A stretch of DNA of 64,000 nucleotides, taken from positions 4,587,360 through 4,651,359 of the forward strand of contig NC_043019.1 of the NCBI RefSeq assembly GCF_006345805.1, written 5' to 3'. Made by a program: the position numbers and the translations under genes. Source of the DNA: Octopus sinensis (lineage: Eukaryota). The notes below the pieces were generated by a model. The model searched no databases. It had not been told where the DNA came from and saw nothing but the letters and a program-made list of their open reading frames with translations. The stretch's first letter is position 1. The number at the start of each line of letters is the position of its first letter. Shown in pieces: positions 47,490 through 59,375 of the stretch.

Positions 47490-48757
47490 TTTGCACTTGG
47501 CAACGAGTATAGCGAAGAATTCCAGGTAGAAGTAGGGGTTCACCAAGAATCAGCCCTCAGCCCCCTCTTATTCATCATAGTCCTCCAGGCAATAACAGAG
47601 AAATTCAAGACTGGCTCCCCTATACCGATGACCTTGCTCTCATAGCGGAATCACTACCAGAACTAGAAAAGAAATTTCAGGTGTGGAAGCAAGGATTAGA
47701 ATCGAAGGGCCTTAGAGTCAACGTTGCAAAAACCAAAGTCCTAGTAAGTAGGAAGGTGAACACACCACAAAGTCTGCCAATCTGTAGAAAAAGTGTAGGT
47801 AGAAACTCCATAAAATGACCTAGTGTAAGCTATGGATGCAGAATATGTACAGCAACATCAAAAGAAGGTTAACCGGGAAGGTAGATTTTGTGTATGGCAG
47901 ATGCACAGAGGCAATAAACACCGCAGATGCTCAGGAAACTGACTCCATCACATGCTGGGGGAAGAAACTAGAAGTAGTTGATAGCTGCCGCTACCTAGGT
48001 GACCGAGTCTGTAGTCGGGGTGGATGCTCTGCAAGCGTTGCCACTAAAATAAGAATAGCCTGGTCAAAGTTCAGAAAGCTCCCTAATCTTCTGGTGACAA
48101 AGGGCTTCTCGCTCAGAGTGAAAGGTAGACTGTATGAAGCATGTGTGTGTACTGCCACGCTACATGGCAGTGAAACATGGGCTGTGGCTGCTGAGGACAT
48201 GCATAAGCTGGCAAGGAATGAAGCCAGTATGCTCTGCTGGATGTGTAATGTCAGTGTGCATACTCGACAGAGTGTAAGAAATGTTTGACATAAGAAGCAT
48301 CAGGAGACCTATTGAGTCAAATCAAAATCCAATCAATGGAAACTGTAGTTGTGGTTGTTACCAGTACTGGTGGCACGTAAAAAGCACCATTCATTAATGC
48401 TTGGGTCGCTGCTAGAGTCACCTGACTGGCTCCCCATGCTGGTGACACATAAGAAGCACCATCCGAATGTGGTCGATGCCAGAACCCCTGCCCCAACTGG
48501 CTCCTGTGCTGGTGGCACGTAGAAAGCACCATCCGAATGTGGCCAATGCCAGTGCTGCCTGACTGGCTCCCATACCAGTTGCATGTAAAAAGCACCCACT
48601 ACACTCTTGGAGTGGTTTGCATTAGGAAGGGCATCCAGCTGTAGAAACATTACCAGATCAGATTGGAGCCTGGTGCGGCCACCTGGCTCGCCAGTCTCCA
48701 ATCAAACTGTCCAACCCATGCCAGCATGGAAAACGGATGTTAAACAATGATGATGAT
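47490..48757 (+). mobile_element. RTE-clade LINE 3' portion (decayed RT, C-terminus and 3' UTR)
   Basis: VGVHQESALSPLLFIIVL...YTDDLALIAES...WKQGLESKGLRVN...YLGD...LHGSETW, followed by the abundant 3'-UTR repeat and a (GAT)n tail. Confidence 0.85.
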
Positions 48758-49980
48758 GCAGAATTATTAGAAATTAAAACAGAACTTCTCTGAAAGATTT
48801 TTGTGTTGAACTTTTCTAATCTAATACAATGGACCATGCCAGTTTTCAATCACACTTGTATTATGTTGTGTGAAATAATGACAACTGCTGGTTCTAAGAC
48901 GTACAGGCCTCAGATATTAGGAAATGAGAAAGCAACTCCTGTATATGATACATACTTTATTGCCCTGGTGATATAGAAAGCTGAATTGACTTCAGTTGAA
49001 TTTGAACCCTGTAACTTAAACGTTGGTCCATTTGATGGCAGTTCATTTCCAGTGATCTCCGCCAACTGTGTATCCATCTGTGCCTCTCGGTGTTCAACGA
49101 CACTCTTCAGGTTATCCTGAAAGGTTCAATGCCATGCCGTTTCCGTGGCCATCCCCATATTCCCCTTCCTGTTTTTGTATATCAACAATCTGGTTGTTAC
49201 AAGACGTGAGCATCCAGTTGCATTCTTCATTCTATCGGCTATGCTCTCAACATTTCTTCGTTTCTGACCTGGTCATTGTATGAAATTCTCAAGAGTTTCC
49301 TCAAGGGATCTTTTTGGTTTGAACGGCAGTTTTTTCTAGCGGTGTCATATGAAATTGTCACCCATAATTATGATCCTAGTATCGATCTATTGCATTTCAA
49401 TCTCTTTTAGGGTTAAGGTTAGTTAGGGTTAGGGGTGGGGGAAGGGCATCTTTTTTTTTCTTCACAAATGTAAATAAACCCAATCTGTTTCTTAAACGAG
49501 GGACATATTCATACGGCACAATGTTTTTTTTACCTCAATAGACATCAGTGATTGGTTGAAATTGCAGAAATTGAAGAAAAAAAACAACAAATATCTTACA
49601 AACTATAGAATTTTCTCAATAAAGCCAAGAGAAAAAGATGTTTTATAAACACATTCTACCAGTATACGAAGTTTAAAATATTTTAGTTACCTAGGAATTG
49701 TTAAAAAAACTGCCGTTCAAACCGAAAAAATCCCACATCAAGTATCATTTACGTTTTCTTCCCCCGTTTCATTTGCACAGAAGTTTTAGTAGCATGATGG
49801 AGTTGTAAAAGGGAATCCTGATGTTGGTGTCCAAAGGACCAGATTTTATACATTCACTGAAATACTATGATTGCCATTCTGATTCCACATTTATTTAACA
49901 TCAATTTCAGCATCTCCATCACACAAATCGCATAGACATGAAAATATTAAAAAAAGTTATAAATCCACCTCAGATAACCT

Positions 49981-50565
49981 GATCTACATTATTTACATTA
50001 TTTACATTCAACGGATATTTGTCCTCATCTTCTTTGTTGTAAACAACGTTTCAGCTGGTATACCTTCCAGCTGTCATCAGGTGTCTTGGGGGAAATTTCG
50101 AACCTGGGTTCTCATTCCTATGGTATTTTTCGATGTTATTATTATTATTATTCAGGTCACTGCTTGGAATCGAACTCAGAATCTTGGGTTAGTAGCCAGC
50201 GCTCTTAACCCCAAGATTCCAAGTTCAGTACCAAGCAGTGACCTGAATAATAATAATAATGATATTAATAATAATAATAATAGCAACATCGAAAAATACC
50301 TTAGGAATGAGAACCCAGGTTGTTATTATTCAGGTCACTGCCTAGAATCGAACTTCGAATCTTGGGATTAGTAGCCTGCGCTCTTAACCACTACGCCATA
50401 TGCCCGTGGGCAATTATGGAGTGAATTTTAGGGAGCTTAGGAATGAGAACCCAGGTTCGAAATTTCCCTAAGACACCTGATGATGGCTGGAGAGCATATC
50501 AGCCTAAATGTTGTGTTCAAACGTAAGTAATGTAAATAATTCCTCGTCTCTTAAATATCGAACTG
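49981..50565. mobile_element. Composite of four alternately inverted fragments of a tRNA-headed, hammerhead-containing repeat
   Basis: Segments about 49981-50210 (-), 50209-50331 (+), 50331-50435 (-) and 50437-50565 (+) are mutually homologous. Confidence 0.7.
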
Positions 50566-50597
50566 TATTCCCTGATCTTCCGTTTCTTTCATTTCAG

Positions 50598-50700
50598 GCC
50601 CTTCAGTCATTTAGTGCAGCATTGCGGTCACGTGAACTCGGTCCATTAATGACACAATTTGGTCTTGGTGATGATGTCGCTAATGCAGCTGCCGAGGGAG
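50598..50700 (+). CDS. ADRM1: ADRM1 coding exon 9
   Basis: ATTTCAG|ALQSFSAALRSRELGPLMTQFGLGDDVANAAAEG+1 nt|GTAGGT; 103 nt. Confidence 0.95.
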
Positions 50701-52329
50701 GTAGGTGTATTGTTTCTCTGTCGTAAAGTCAAAGCACTCGCTTTCCTTTCCCTTAACACTGTGGTTGTGTGGTAAGAGGTTTGCTTCCCAACCACATGGT
50801 TTCAGGTTCAGTCCCACTGTGTGGAACCTTGGGCAAGTGTCTTCTACTTTAGCCTCAAGTGCCAACCAAAGCCTTGCTAGTGGATTTGGTAGACGGAAAC
50901 TGAAAGAAGCCTGTCGTATGTGTATCTGTTTGTCCCCCCACCATCACTTGACAACTGATGTTGGTGTGTTTACACCCCCATAATTTAGACTGAAACAATT
51001 AAAATAGTAAAAGAAGGGTCACTGAAAAGTCCCTGGTTTTGGGTAAAAGAAAATACAGGAGAGTCAGTTAATTGTGATTTTATTTCAACATATTCCCCTC
51101 TCAGATTCCCTTATTGCAGCAGTCGTTCAGTTTTTCCAAAGCCCTGTAAAAAGGAGTCAGAACGTTGGGCCTCCAGCCAAGCTTTTTACAATGCCCTTAA
51201 AGCCAGGAACTTCTCAGCGCCTTCTCTTACACACAATCAAGGCAGTTGCTGCTGTTTCCAGTGGTCAAGTGCCTACCATGGAAAAGGCCAAAAGAGGCTG
51301 GTGTCATGTGATCTGGTAGTCTTGACAGCAGAAGTAGCAGTGCTTGTCTGCTGCTGGTGATAGCTATGATGTATTTTAATGCCCCCCCCCCAGTGCATGA
51401 GGGTTTTTTTTTGCTTGGTAAATATCGCAGTATTCTTACACAACCTCGTTTAAGCGGTGAATATTTTATCCAAATAATGATTAGCATTTATATAACTTTA
51501 TTTGGATCTTTTCTGTTTGAACGGCAGTTTTTTCTAGCAGTGTCATATGAAATTGTCACCCATAATTATGACCCTAGTATCGATCTATTGCATTTCAATC
51601 TATTTTAGGGGTGGGGGGAAGGGTATTTTTTTTTCCTCAGAAATGTAAATAAACCCAATCTGTTTCTTAAACGAGGGACATATTCATACAGCACAGAATG
51701 TTTTCACCTCAATAGACGTCATGGATTGGTTGAAATTGCAGAAATTGAAGAAAAACAACAAATATCTTACAAACTATAGAATTTTCTCAATAAAGCCAAG
51801 AGAAAAAGATGTTTTATAAATACATTCTACCAGTATACGAAGTTTAAAAGTGTTTAGTTACCTAGAAATTATGTTAAAAACTGCCGTTCAAACCGAAAAG
51901 ATCCCTTTATTCCTGTTTCTTCAGGTGTGGGGGGGGGGGGCAGTTTCATGTCCGTACTGGTGGCACATAAAAAGCACCATCCGATCATGGCCATTGCCAG
52001 CCTCACCTGGCCCCTGTGCCAGTGACATGTAAAAGGCACCATCCGACCGTGGCCGTTTGCCAGCCTCGTCTGGCACGTAAAAAGCACCCCATACACTCAC
52101 GGAGTGGTTGGCGTTAGGAAGGGCATCCAGCCGTAGAAACATTGCCAGATCAGACTGGAGCCTGGTGCAGCCTTCTGGCTGGCTTCCCAGACCCCCAGTT
52201 GAACCGTCCAACCCATGCTAGCATGGAGAGCGGACACTAAATGATGATGATGATGAAAATGTGGTAGCTATTTGTAAATTGCACTCTACTCCGAAATAAA
52301 AATTTTTTTTTTTCTTTGCCCCCTACTAG

Positions 52330-52388
52330 ATCTGGAAGCATTCGTGAAGGCCCTGCAAGAAGCCCAGAAAAAGAAGGAAGACAAGTAG
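52330..52388 (+). CDS. ADRM1: ADRM1 terminal coding exon 10
   Basis: CTACTAG|(D)LEAFVKALQEAQKKKEDK*. The joined CDS is 1206 nt = 401 aa plus stop. Confidence 0.9.
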
Positions 52389-52454
52389 GATGTACTTAGT
52401 GGATGCTTTTCTTTTTTTTTTTTTTTCTTTTCTATTGCTTGCTGTTACTTGTGT

Positions 52455-52468
52455 TTTATTGGAATAAA
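52455..52468. terminator. Back-to-back polyadenylation hexamers (TTTATT-GG-AATAAA)
   Basis: One AATAAA on each strand between the convergent ADRM1 and EXTL3 stop codons. Confidence 0.4.
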
Positions 52469-53218
52469 TTTTCACTGGTAATTGATCCAACACATTAGAA
52501 GAAATAAAGGAATAAATAAATAGTATGTTTCTTCTGTACTTTAATATACATACATACATACGCACACACGCACATATAAACTTTTTTAAGAATTTGAAAC
52601 CGTTTTCATTAACAATGTGTATATGTGTGAGTGGAATTTTGTGTGTGTATGTGTTTGCAAGTGTGTGTAGAACTCTTCAAAAGAAATCTCTACACAAGAT
52701 ATCACAGATGGCTCTACATAGTCTTTTCTCTCTGTTTTGTTTTGTTAATTAGGCTCAGATTTTTGATTTGAAGATTTTTTAAGGTTTTAATTATTGCTAG
52801 GTGTGTTTTGTTTTTGTTATTTTTCTTTACAAGAAAACAACAAAATAAAGTTTGAAAAAAAAAAAAAAAAATTATAGAATTTGTACAGGTGGGTTGAATA
52901 TCATGAGATGACTATATCAGTGAAGAATTTAGTATTTTGTCAGAATGATTGAGGCCTTTTTTTTTTTTTTTTTTCCCCCTGTTGCCTACAATTATTCCAA
53001 GTCATTATTTCAAACCTTGTAAACCAGTGATAAATTATGTTTTGACGAAGTTTTATATGTACAATGATGAACTGATAGCACGCATCGTTGCATCGAGTTA
53101 CGTTTAGCTGTAAGCGGTGAGGGTAAAAATGAAATAGTTGAGCATTTATCAGGGATCTCTTATTTTCTTTTCTTTTTTTTTTTTTTTTTGTCTCTCTTGA
53201 TCTGATGCAGCGATTGTT

Positions 53219-53428
53219 TCAAATTAACCTAAAACACTTCTGCTTGTCACGTGGAATTTTGGTTTTGAATAAAACCGAATCGATGCGAAATTGTGTGTAC
53301 AGTAATGGCATGTAGCCATAGACTTTAGCAAAGAAATTTATGCATTTGTGTCGCTCATCAAAATGAGTTACGTCCGTTGCAAGAGCCTGGGAGCATCCTG
53401 GGCAGCGAAATGTCCAGCGAGAGGTCAC
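53219..53428 (-). CDS. EXTL3: Exostosin-like 3 glycosyltransferase, terminal exon
   Basis: [69 protein letters not shown]; 210 nt. This is the EXTL3/botv C-terminus. Confidence 0.95.
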   Translation of the reverse strand: MTSRWTFRCPGCSQALATDVTHFDERHKCINFFAKVYGYMPLLYTQFRIDSVLFKTKIPRDKQKCFRLI

Positions 53429-54040
53429 CTGCAAGTAAAGAAAGAAGGAAAAAAAACTTGATTACAACAAAAACATACTCTTTAGAAATGTTAGTGTTGG
53501 GTTAGTTCAGGTGCTGTGGAGAGAGAAATGAACTGATTTGGTAAGTTTTGTTATTATTCTGAGAAAGTGAGAGAACCTGTGTAATACTATTTTATTTGCC
53601 ATCGATCGAAATTGAACCAATCCTATGACTGGCACCCGGCAGATGCCAGGACCCCTGGACTGCAGATACGTAAAAAGCACTATCCGAATCGTGGCCGATG
53701 CCAGCGCCGCCTCGACTGGCTTCCGTGTCGGTGGCACGTAAAAAGCACCATCCAAATCGTGACCGAAGCCAGTGCCGCCTCGACTGGCTTCCGTGACGGT
53801 GGCACATAAAATGCACCAATCCGACCGTGGCCGATGCCAGCCTCACCTGGCACCAGTGCAGGTGGCACGTAAAGAGTACCCACTACACTCACGGAGTGGT
53901 TGGCGTTAGGAAGGGCATCCAGCTGTAGAAACACTGCCAGATAAGACTGGAGCCTGGTGCAGCCTTCTGGCTTCCCAGATCCCCGGTCGAACCGTCCAAC
54001 CCATGCTAGCATGGAGAACGGACGTTAAACGATGATGATG

Positions 54041-54345
54041 ATGTAGGACAAGATACTGTGATAGCCTGGGCTTCAGAGGCCCACAGCTCTTCAATATCCT
54101 CCCGAAGAACTTGAGAGACCTGCATGGGGGTGGATGCAGATGTCTTTAAAATAAAACTGGATCTCTTCCTGTCAGGTGTCCCAGATGAACCAACTTCATG
54201 ACAGGAGGTGCAGATGAGGGCAGCTGCATCAAACTCTCTCATGCACCAAATGGCAATTGCTAAAAAGCATTCGTGAAGTAAAATCATGTAGCAACACCAA
54301 ATGGCGGTGCCCCAGCATGGCCACAACTCGTGATAAAATAAATAA
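54041..54345 (+). mobile_element. CR1-group LINE 3' end (duplicated at 55008-55325)
   Basis: RCRTRYCDSLGFRGPQLFNILPKNLRD...FKIKLDLFLSGVPDEP..., then a 3' UTR containing GGCGGTGCCCCAGCATGGCCAC and an (AAAT)n tail. Confidence 0.7.
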
Positions 54346-55397
54346 ATAAATATTGAATTTGATAAGAGCTGGTGACTCCCACCACTCCACACATCTGATC
54401 AACTTTCAGGAGCGGAGATATAAGGGTGAAGAAGGCCAGGAAAGACAAACAAAATCTGTTTACTTAACATTAGAGGCATACTCTTTACTCTTTTACTTGT
54501 TTCAGTCATTTGACTGTGGCCATGCTGGAGCACCACCTTTAGTCGAGCAAATCGACCCCGGGACTTATTCTTTGTAAGCCCAGTACTTATTCTATCGGTC
54601 TCTTTTGCCGAACCGCTAAGTGACGGGGACGTAAACACACCAGCATCGGTTGTCAAGCAATGCTAGGGGGACAAACATACACACACACATACATATATAC
54701 GACGGGCTTCTTTCAGTTTCCGTCTACCAAATCCACTCACAAGGCATTGGTCGGCCCGAGGCTATAGTAGAAGACACTTGCCCAAGATGCCACGCAGTGG
54801 GACTGAACCCGGAACCATGTGGTTGGTAAGCAAGCTACTTACCACACAGCTACTCCTGCGCCTGTTGATCACAACAAAAACATACTCTTTAGAAATGTTA
54901 GTGTTGGGTTAGTTCAGTTGCTGTGGAGAGAGAAATGAACTGATTTGGTAAGTTTTGTTATTCTGAGAAAGTGAGAGAACCTGTGTAATACTATTTTATT
55001 TGCCATCAAGATGTAGGACAAGATACTGTGATAGCCTGGGCTTCAGAGGCCCACAGCTCTTCAATATCCTCCCGAAGAACTTGAGAGACCAGCATGGGGT
55101 GGATGCAGATGTCTTTAAAATAAAACTGGATCTCTTCCTGTCAGGTGTCCCAGATGAACCAACTTCACGGCAGGAGGTGCAGATGAGGGCAGCTGCATCG
55201 AACTCTCTCATGCACCAGATGGCATTTGCTAAAAAGTATTCGTGAAGTAAAATCATGTGGCAACAGAAAATGGCGGTGCCCCAGCATGGCCACAGCTCGT
55301 GAGGTGAAACTAAATAAAATAAATAAATATTGACTTTGATAAGAGCTGGTGACTCCCACCACTCCACACATCTGATCAACTTCCAGGAGAGGAGATC

Positions 55398-55770
55398 TTG
55401 AAGCACTCCGTCGGTTACGACGACGAGGGTTCTGGTTGATCCGATCAACGGAACAGCCTGCTCGTGAAATTAACGTGTAAGTGGCTGAGCACTCCACAGA
55501 CACGTGTACCCTTAACGTAGTTCTCGGGGATATTCAGCGTGACACAGAGAGTGACAAGGCCGGCCCTTTGAAATACAGGTACAACAGAAACAGGAAGTAA
55601 GAGTGAGAGAAAGTTGTGGTGAAAGAGTACAGCAGGGATCACCACCCCCTGCTGGAGCTTTTAGGTGTTTTCGCTCAATAAACACTCACAACGCCTGGTC
55701 TGGGAATTGAAACCGCGATCCTACGACTGCAAGTCCGCTGCCCTAACCACTGGGCCATTGCGCCTCCACA
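55398..55770 (-). mobile_element. tRNA-derived SINE family 3
   Basis: Head GGAGGCGCAATGGCCCAGTGGTTAGGGCAGCGGACTTGCAGTCGTAGGATCGCGGTTTCAATTCCC with A and B boxes. Approximate TSD G(A/C)GGAGAT. Head fragments also at about 5125-5170 and 37545-37675. Confidence 0.75.
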
Positions 55771-56314
55771 CGGGCGGAGATATAAGGGTGAAGAAGGCCA
55801 GGAAAGAAAAAAAAACAAAACAATCTGTTTACTTAACATTAGAAGCATGCTGAAAAAAATTAACATTTATGGTCCCTACAACAATATTCAGAAGCTGGTC
55901 TGTCCTTTGGAGGACGTCTTTCTCCAACAAAGCTGTCATCAGAAGAGACCATGTTGGGCAGTGAATATGAGGCGGAGGCTAAAGGGGCATTGGAAAAAAC
56001 CAGGCAAGGCTAGTCATTTGTTGAAGGAAAAAGGGAAGTCACCAGCCCAAATATAAGGGATGAAATCCAACATGCATTTTATGTTTTTAGGGGTTGCTTT
56101 TTTCCTCCCTTTGAATCAACAAAGCCAGGGAGCACAACACAAAATGGCCTCTCTACTCTTTACTCTCTTTTACTTGTTTCAGTCATTTGACTGCGACTTA
56201 TTCTTTTGTAAGCCCAGTACTTATTCTATCGGTCTCTTTTGCCGAACCACTAAGTGACAGGGACGTAAACACACCAGCATCGGTTGTCAAGCAATGCTAG
56301 GAGAACAAACACAG

Positions 56315-56345
<31 letters not shown>

Positions 56346-59246
56346 CGACGGGCTTCTTTCAGTTTCCGTCTACCAAATCCACTCAACCATGTGGTTGGTA
56401 AACAAGCTACTTACCACACAGCCACTCCTGCGCCTGTGTGTTTTTTTTTTGTTGGGTATCTAGAAGATTCACCAATATTCCCCTATGAAGCAGATTAGCT
56501 GTCCTTTTGCCATAAATTAATCCCTGTTTATGGCCAGTGCACTTTGATGTGATGATGAGAATCGGGCAAATAGTTCAATGAAGTCGAGGTGATTGGGAAC
56601 AATACTGGACGATAAGACAACCGAAGGGATCAGCACATACGCTGGGGTTTTGATAGGCTTAGCACAGAGAGGAACACAGTACAAGGGCCATTTACTTCAT
56701 CATCATCATCATCGTTTAACGTCTGTTTTCCGTGCTAGCATGGGTTGGACGGTTCGACCATGGTCTGGGAAGCCAGGGGCTGCACCAGGCTCCAGTCTCA
56801 TCTGGCAGTGTTTCTACAGCTGGATGCCCTTCCTAATGCCAACCACTCTGCGAGTGTAGTGGGTGCTTTGTATGTGCCACCTGCACAGGTGCTTTTAACA
56901 TGCCACCGGCACGGAAGCCAGCCAAGGCGGCGCTGGCATCGGCCACGTTCGGATGGTGATTTTTATGTGCCACCGGCACAGAAGCCAGTCGAAGCGGCGC
57001 TGGTACGGGCCACGTTTGGATGGTGCTTTTTATGTGCCACCAGCACAGAAGCCAGTCGAGGCGGCACTGGCAACGGCCACGTTCAGATGGTGCTTTTTAT
57101 GTGCCACCAGCACAGGTATCACAAAAAAACAAAAAAAAATTTTAATCTATGCACACAAGCCTAAAAGCTCCTAATTACTAAATTAAATTGCATCTGGAAT
57201 TGTGAAAATAAATCATCATTTAACGTCCACTTTCCATGCTAGCATGGGTTGGACGATTTTGACTGAGGGCTTGTGAACTAGATGGCTGCACCAGGCTCCA
57301 ATCTTGATCTGGCAGTGTTTCTACAGCTGGATGGCCTTCCTAACGCCAACCACTCCAAGAGCGTAGTGGGTGCTTTTTAGGTAACACTGGCACAGGGGGC
57401 CAGTCAGGTGGTACTGGCAACGACCTCGCTCGAATCCTTTTATACAAGCCACCAGCACAGGTGCCAGTAAGGCGGTTAATTTAATTTAGCTAGTAGGTGC
57501 ACAAGTTCAATTCACGAGAACAGTTGATATCACAGAAATGAAAATAAGCCTGATGTGGATACTAGAATCTGAACACCCATCCCTGTCCAGCTTGTGCCCT
57601 CAAGGGGCTAAACATAGAGGGGACAATCAAGGACAGACGAATGGATTAAGTCGATTACATTGACCTCAGTGCGAAACTGGTACCTTATTTATCGACCCCG
57701 AAAGGATTAAAGTGTATATATTACTCTTTTACTTGTTTCAGTCATTTGACTGCGGCCATGCTGGAGCACCGCCTTTAGTCGAGCAAATCGACCCCAGGAC
57801 TTATTCTTTGTAAGCCCAGTACTTATTCTATCGGCCTCTTTTGCCGAATCGCTAAGTGACGAGGACGTAAACACACCAGCATCGGTTGTCAAGCACACAA
57901 ACATATATATACATATATACGACAGGCTTCTTTCAGTTTCCATCAACCAAATCCACTCACAAGGCATTGGTCGGCCCGAGGCTATAGTAGAAGACACTTG
58001 CCCAAGGTGCCATGCAGTGGGACTGAACCCGGAACCATGTGGTTGGTGAGCAAGCTACTTACCACACAGCCACTCCAAAACACACAAACATTAAACAGGG
58101 CTGTGTGATTGGGTTTGCATCCGAACCACATGGTTTTAGGTTCAGTTCCACTGCACTCGGGGGTAAATGTCTGCTATTGTAGCCCTGGGCTGGCTAAAAA
58201 TCTTGAGAAGATTTGGCAGATGCAAAGCTTGATGTGTGTTTTTGTCTTGGCATCGTGTAACAGTTCAAAGTGTTTGTCTCTAAATACAAGAAGTGTCTTG
58301 TTTGAAATCATTCATGAAAAACATGTCCAACCAAAGGAGAATATTATTTACATGGAAACAGTTGAAGGTTGGTAACAGGAACGGGATCTGGTGGCCATAG
58401 AAAATTCTGCTTCAACAGTTTCCGTCTGCCCCATGTATATCATCGTTTAACGTCTGCCTTCCATGCTCACACAGGTTACAAGGTTTGACAGGAGCTGGCC
58501 AGCTAGAAGATTGCCCCAAGGTGCTGAGCTGGTAGAATCGTTAGCACGCTGGGCGAAATTCTTAGTGGTATTTCGTCTGCCGTATGTTCTGAGTGCAAAT
58601 TCCACCGAGGTCGACTTTGCCTTTCATCCTTTCGGCATTGATTAAATAAGTACCAGTTACGCACTGGGGTCGATATAATTGACTTAATCCGTTTGTTTGT
58701 CCCCTCTATGTTTAGCCCCTTGTAAAGAAATAGGTATTTCGTCTGTCTTTACGTTCTGAGTTCAAATTCCGCCAAGGCTTTCAGCGTCGATTAAATAAAT
58801 ATCAGTTACGCAATGGGGTTGATATAATCGACTTAATCCGTTTGTTCCCTCTGTGTGTGACCCCTTGTGGGCAGTAAAGAAATAAGAAGATTACCCCAAG
58901 CTACAGTGTCTGTTTAGGCATGGTTTTTACAGCTGGATGCCCTTCCTTACACCAAACACCCTCTAGAGTGGACTGAGTGCTTTATATATAGTACCAGCAC
59001 AGACAAGATCAGTTTTGGCAAGGTTTTACAGCTGGATGCCCTTTCAAATGCTAACCACTGGCAAGGTCACCAAGTAACTAGCAAGTCAAGGAATTTTGAG
59101 AGAGGTTGGGGCATCAGAGAAGGTGATCTTGTGTCAGATGATGAAAGGTTAGAGTGTGACAGAGAGGCAGAAACCAGGTGTCTTGCTATAGAGGAGGTAC
59201 ATGGTTACCTGGTCAGAGAGAGAGAGACACCTGAATATATATTTAC

Positions 59247-59375
59247 CTTCAGAGGAGGCTTTCGTGTGAGGTGTGCAACCAAGAAATTCATAGCAATGTC
59301 TTCGCAGTTAATGTAATCATCGACTTTATCTCGAATAGCTTGTGGCATGACATAGGAATACATATAGGCATAATA
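59247..59375 (-). CDS. EXTL3: EXTL3 exon
   Basis: TTGCAG|[43 protein letters not shown]|GTAAAT; 129 nt. Confidence 0.95.

Noticed and set aside
50360-50410. tRNA genes at SINE or repeat heads (also about 55700-55770 and 12600-12652)
   Set aside because: A/B boxes are present, but there is no complete cloverleaf or acceptor stem, and each head continues into a repeat body.
52889-52952. Alternative ADRM1 last exon after TGTACAG
   Set aside because: The upstream tract is A-rich rather than pyrimidine-rich, the donor would be weak, and the peptide has no resemblance to Rpn13 tails.
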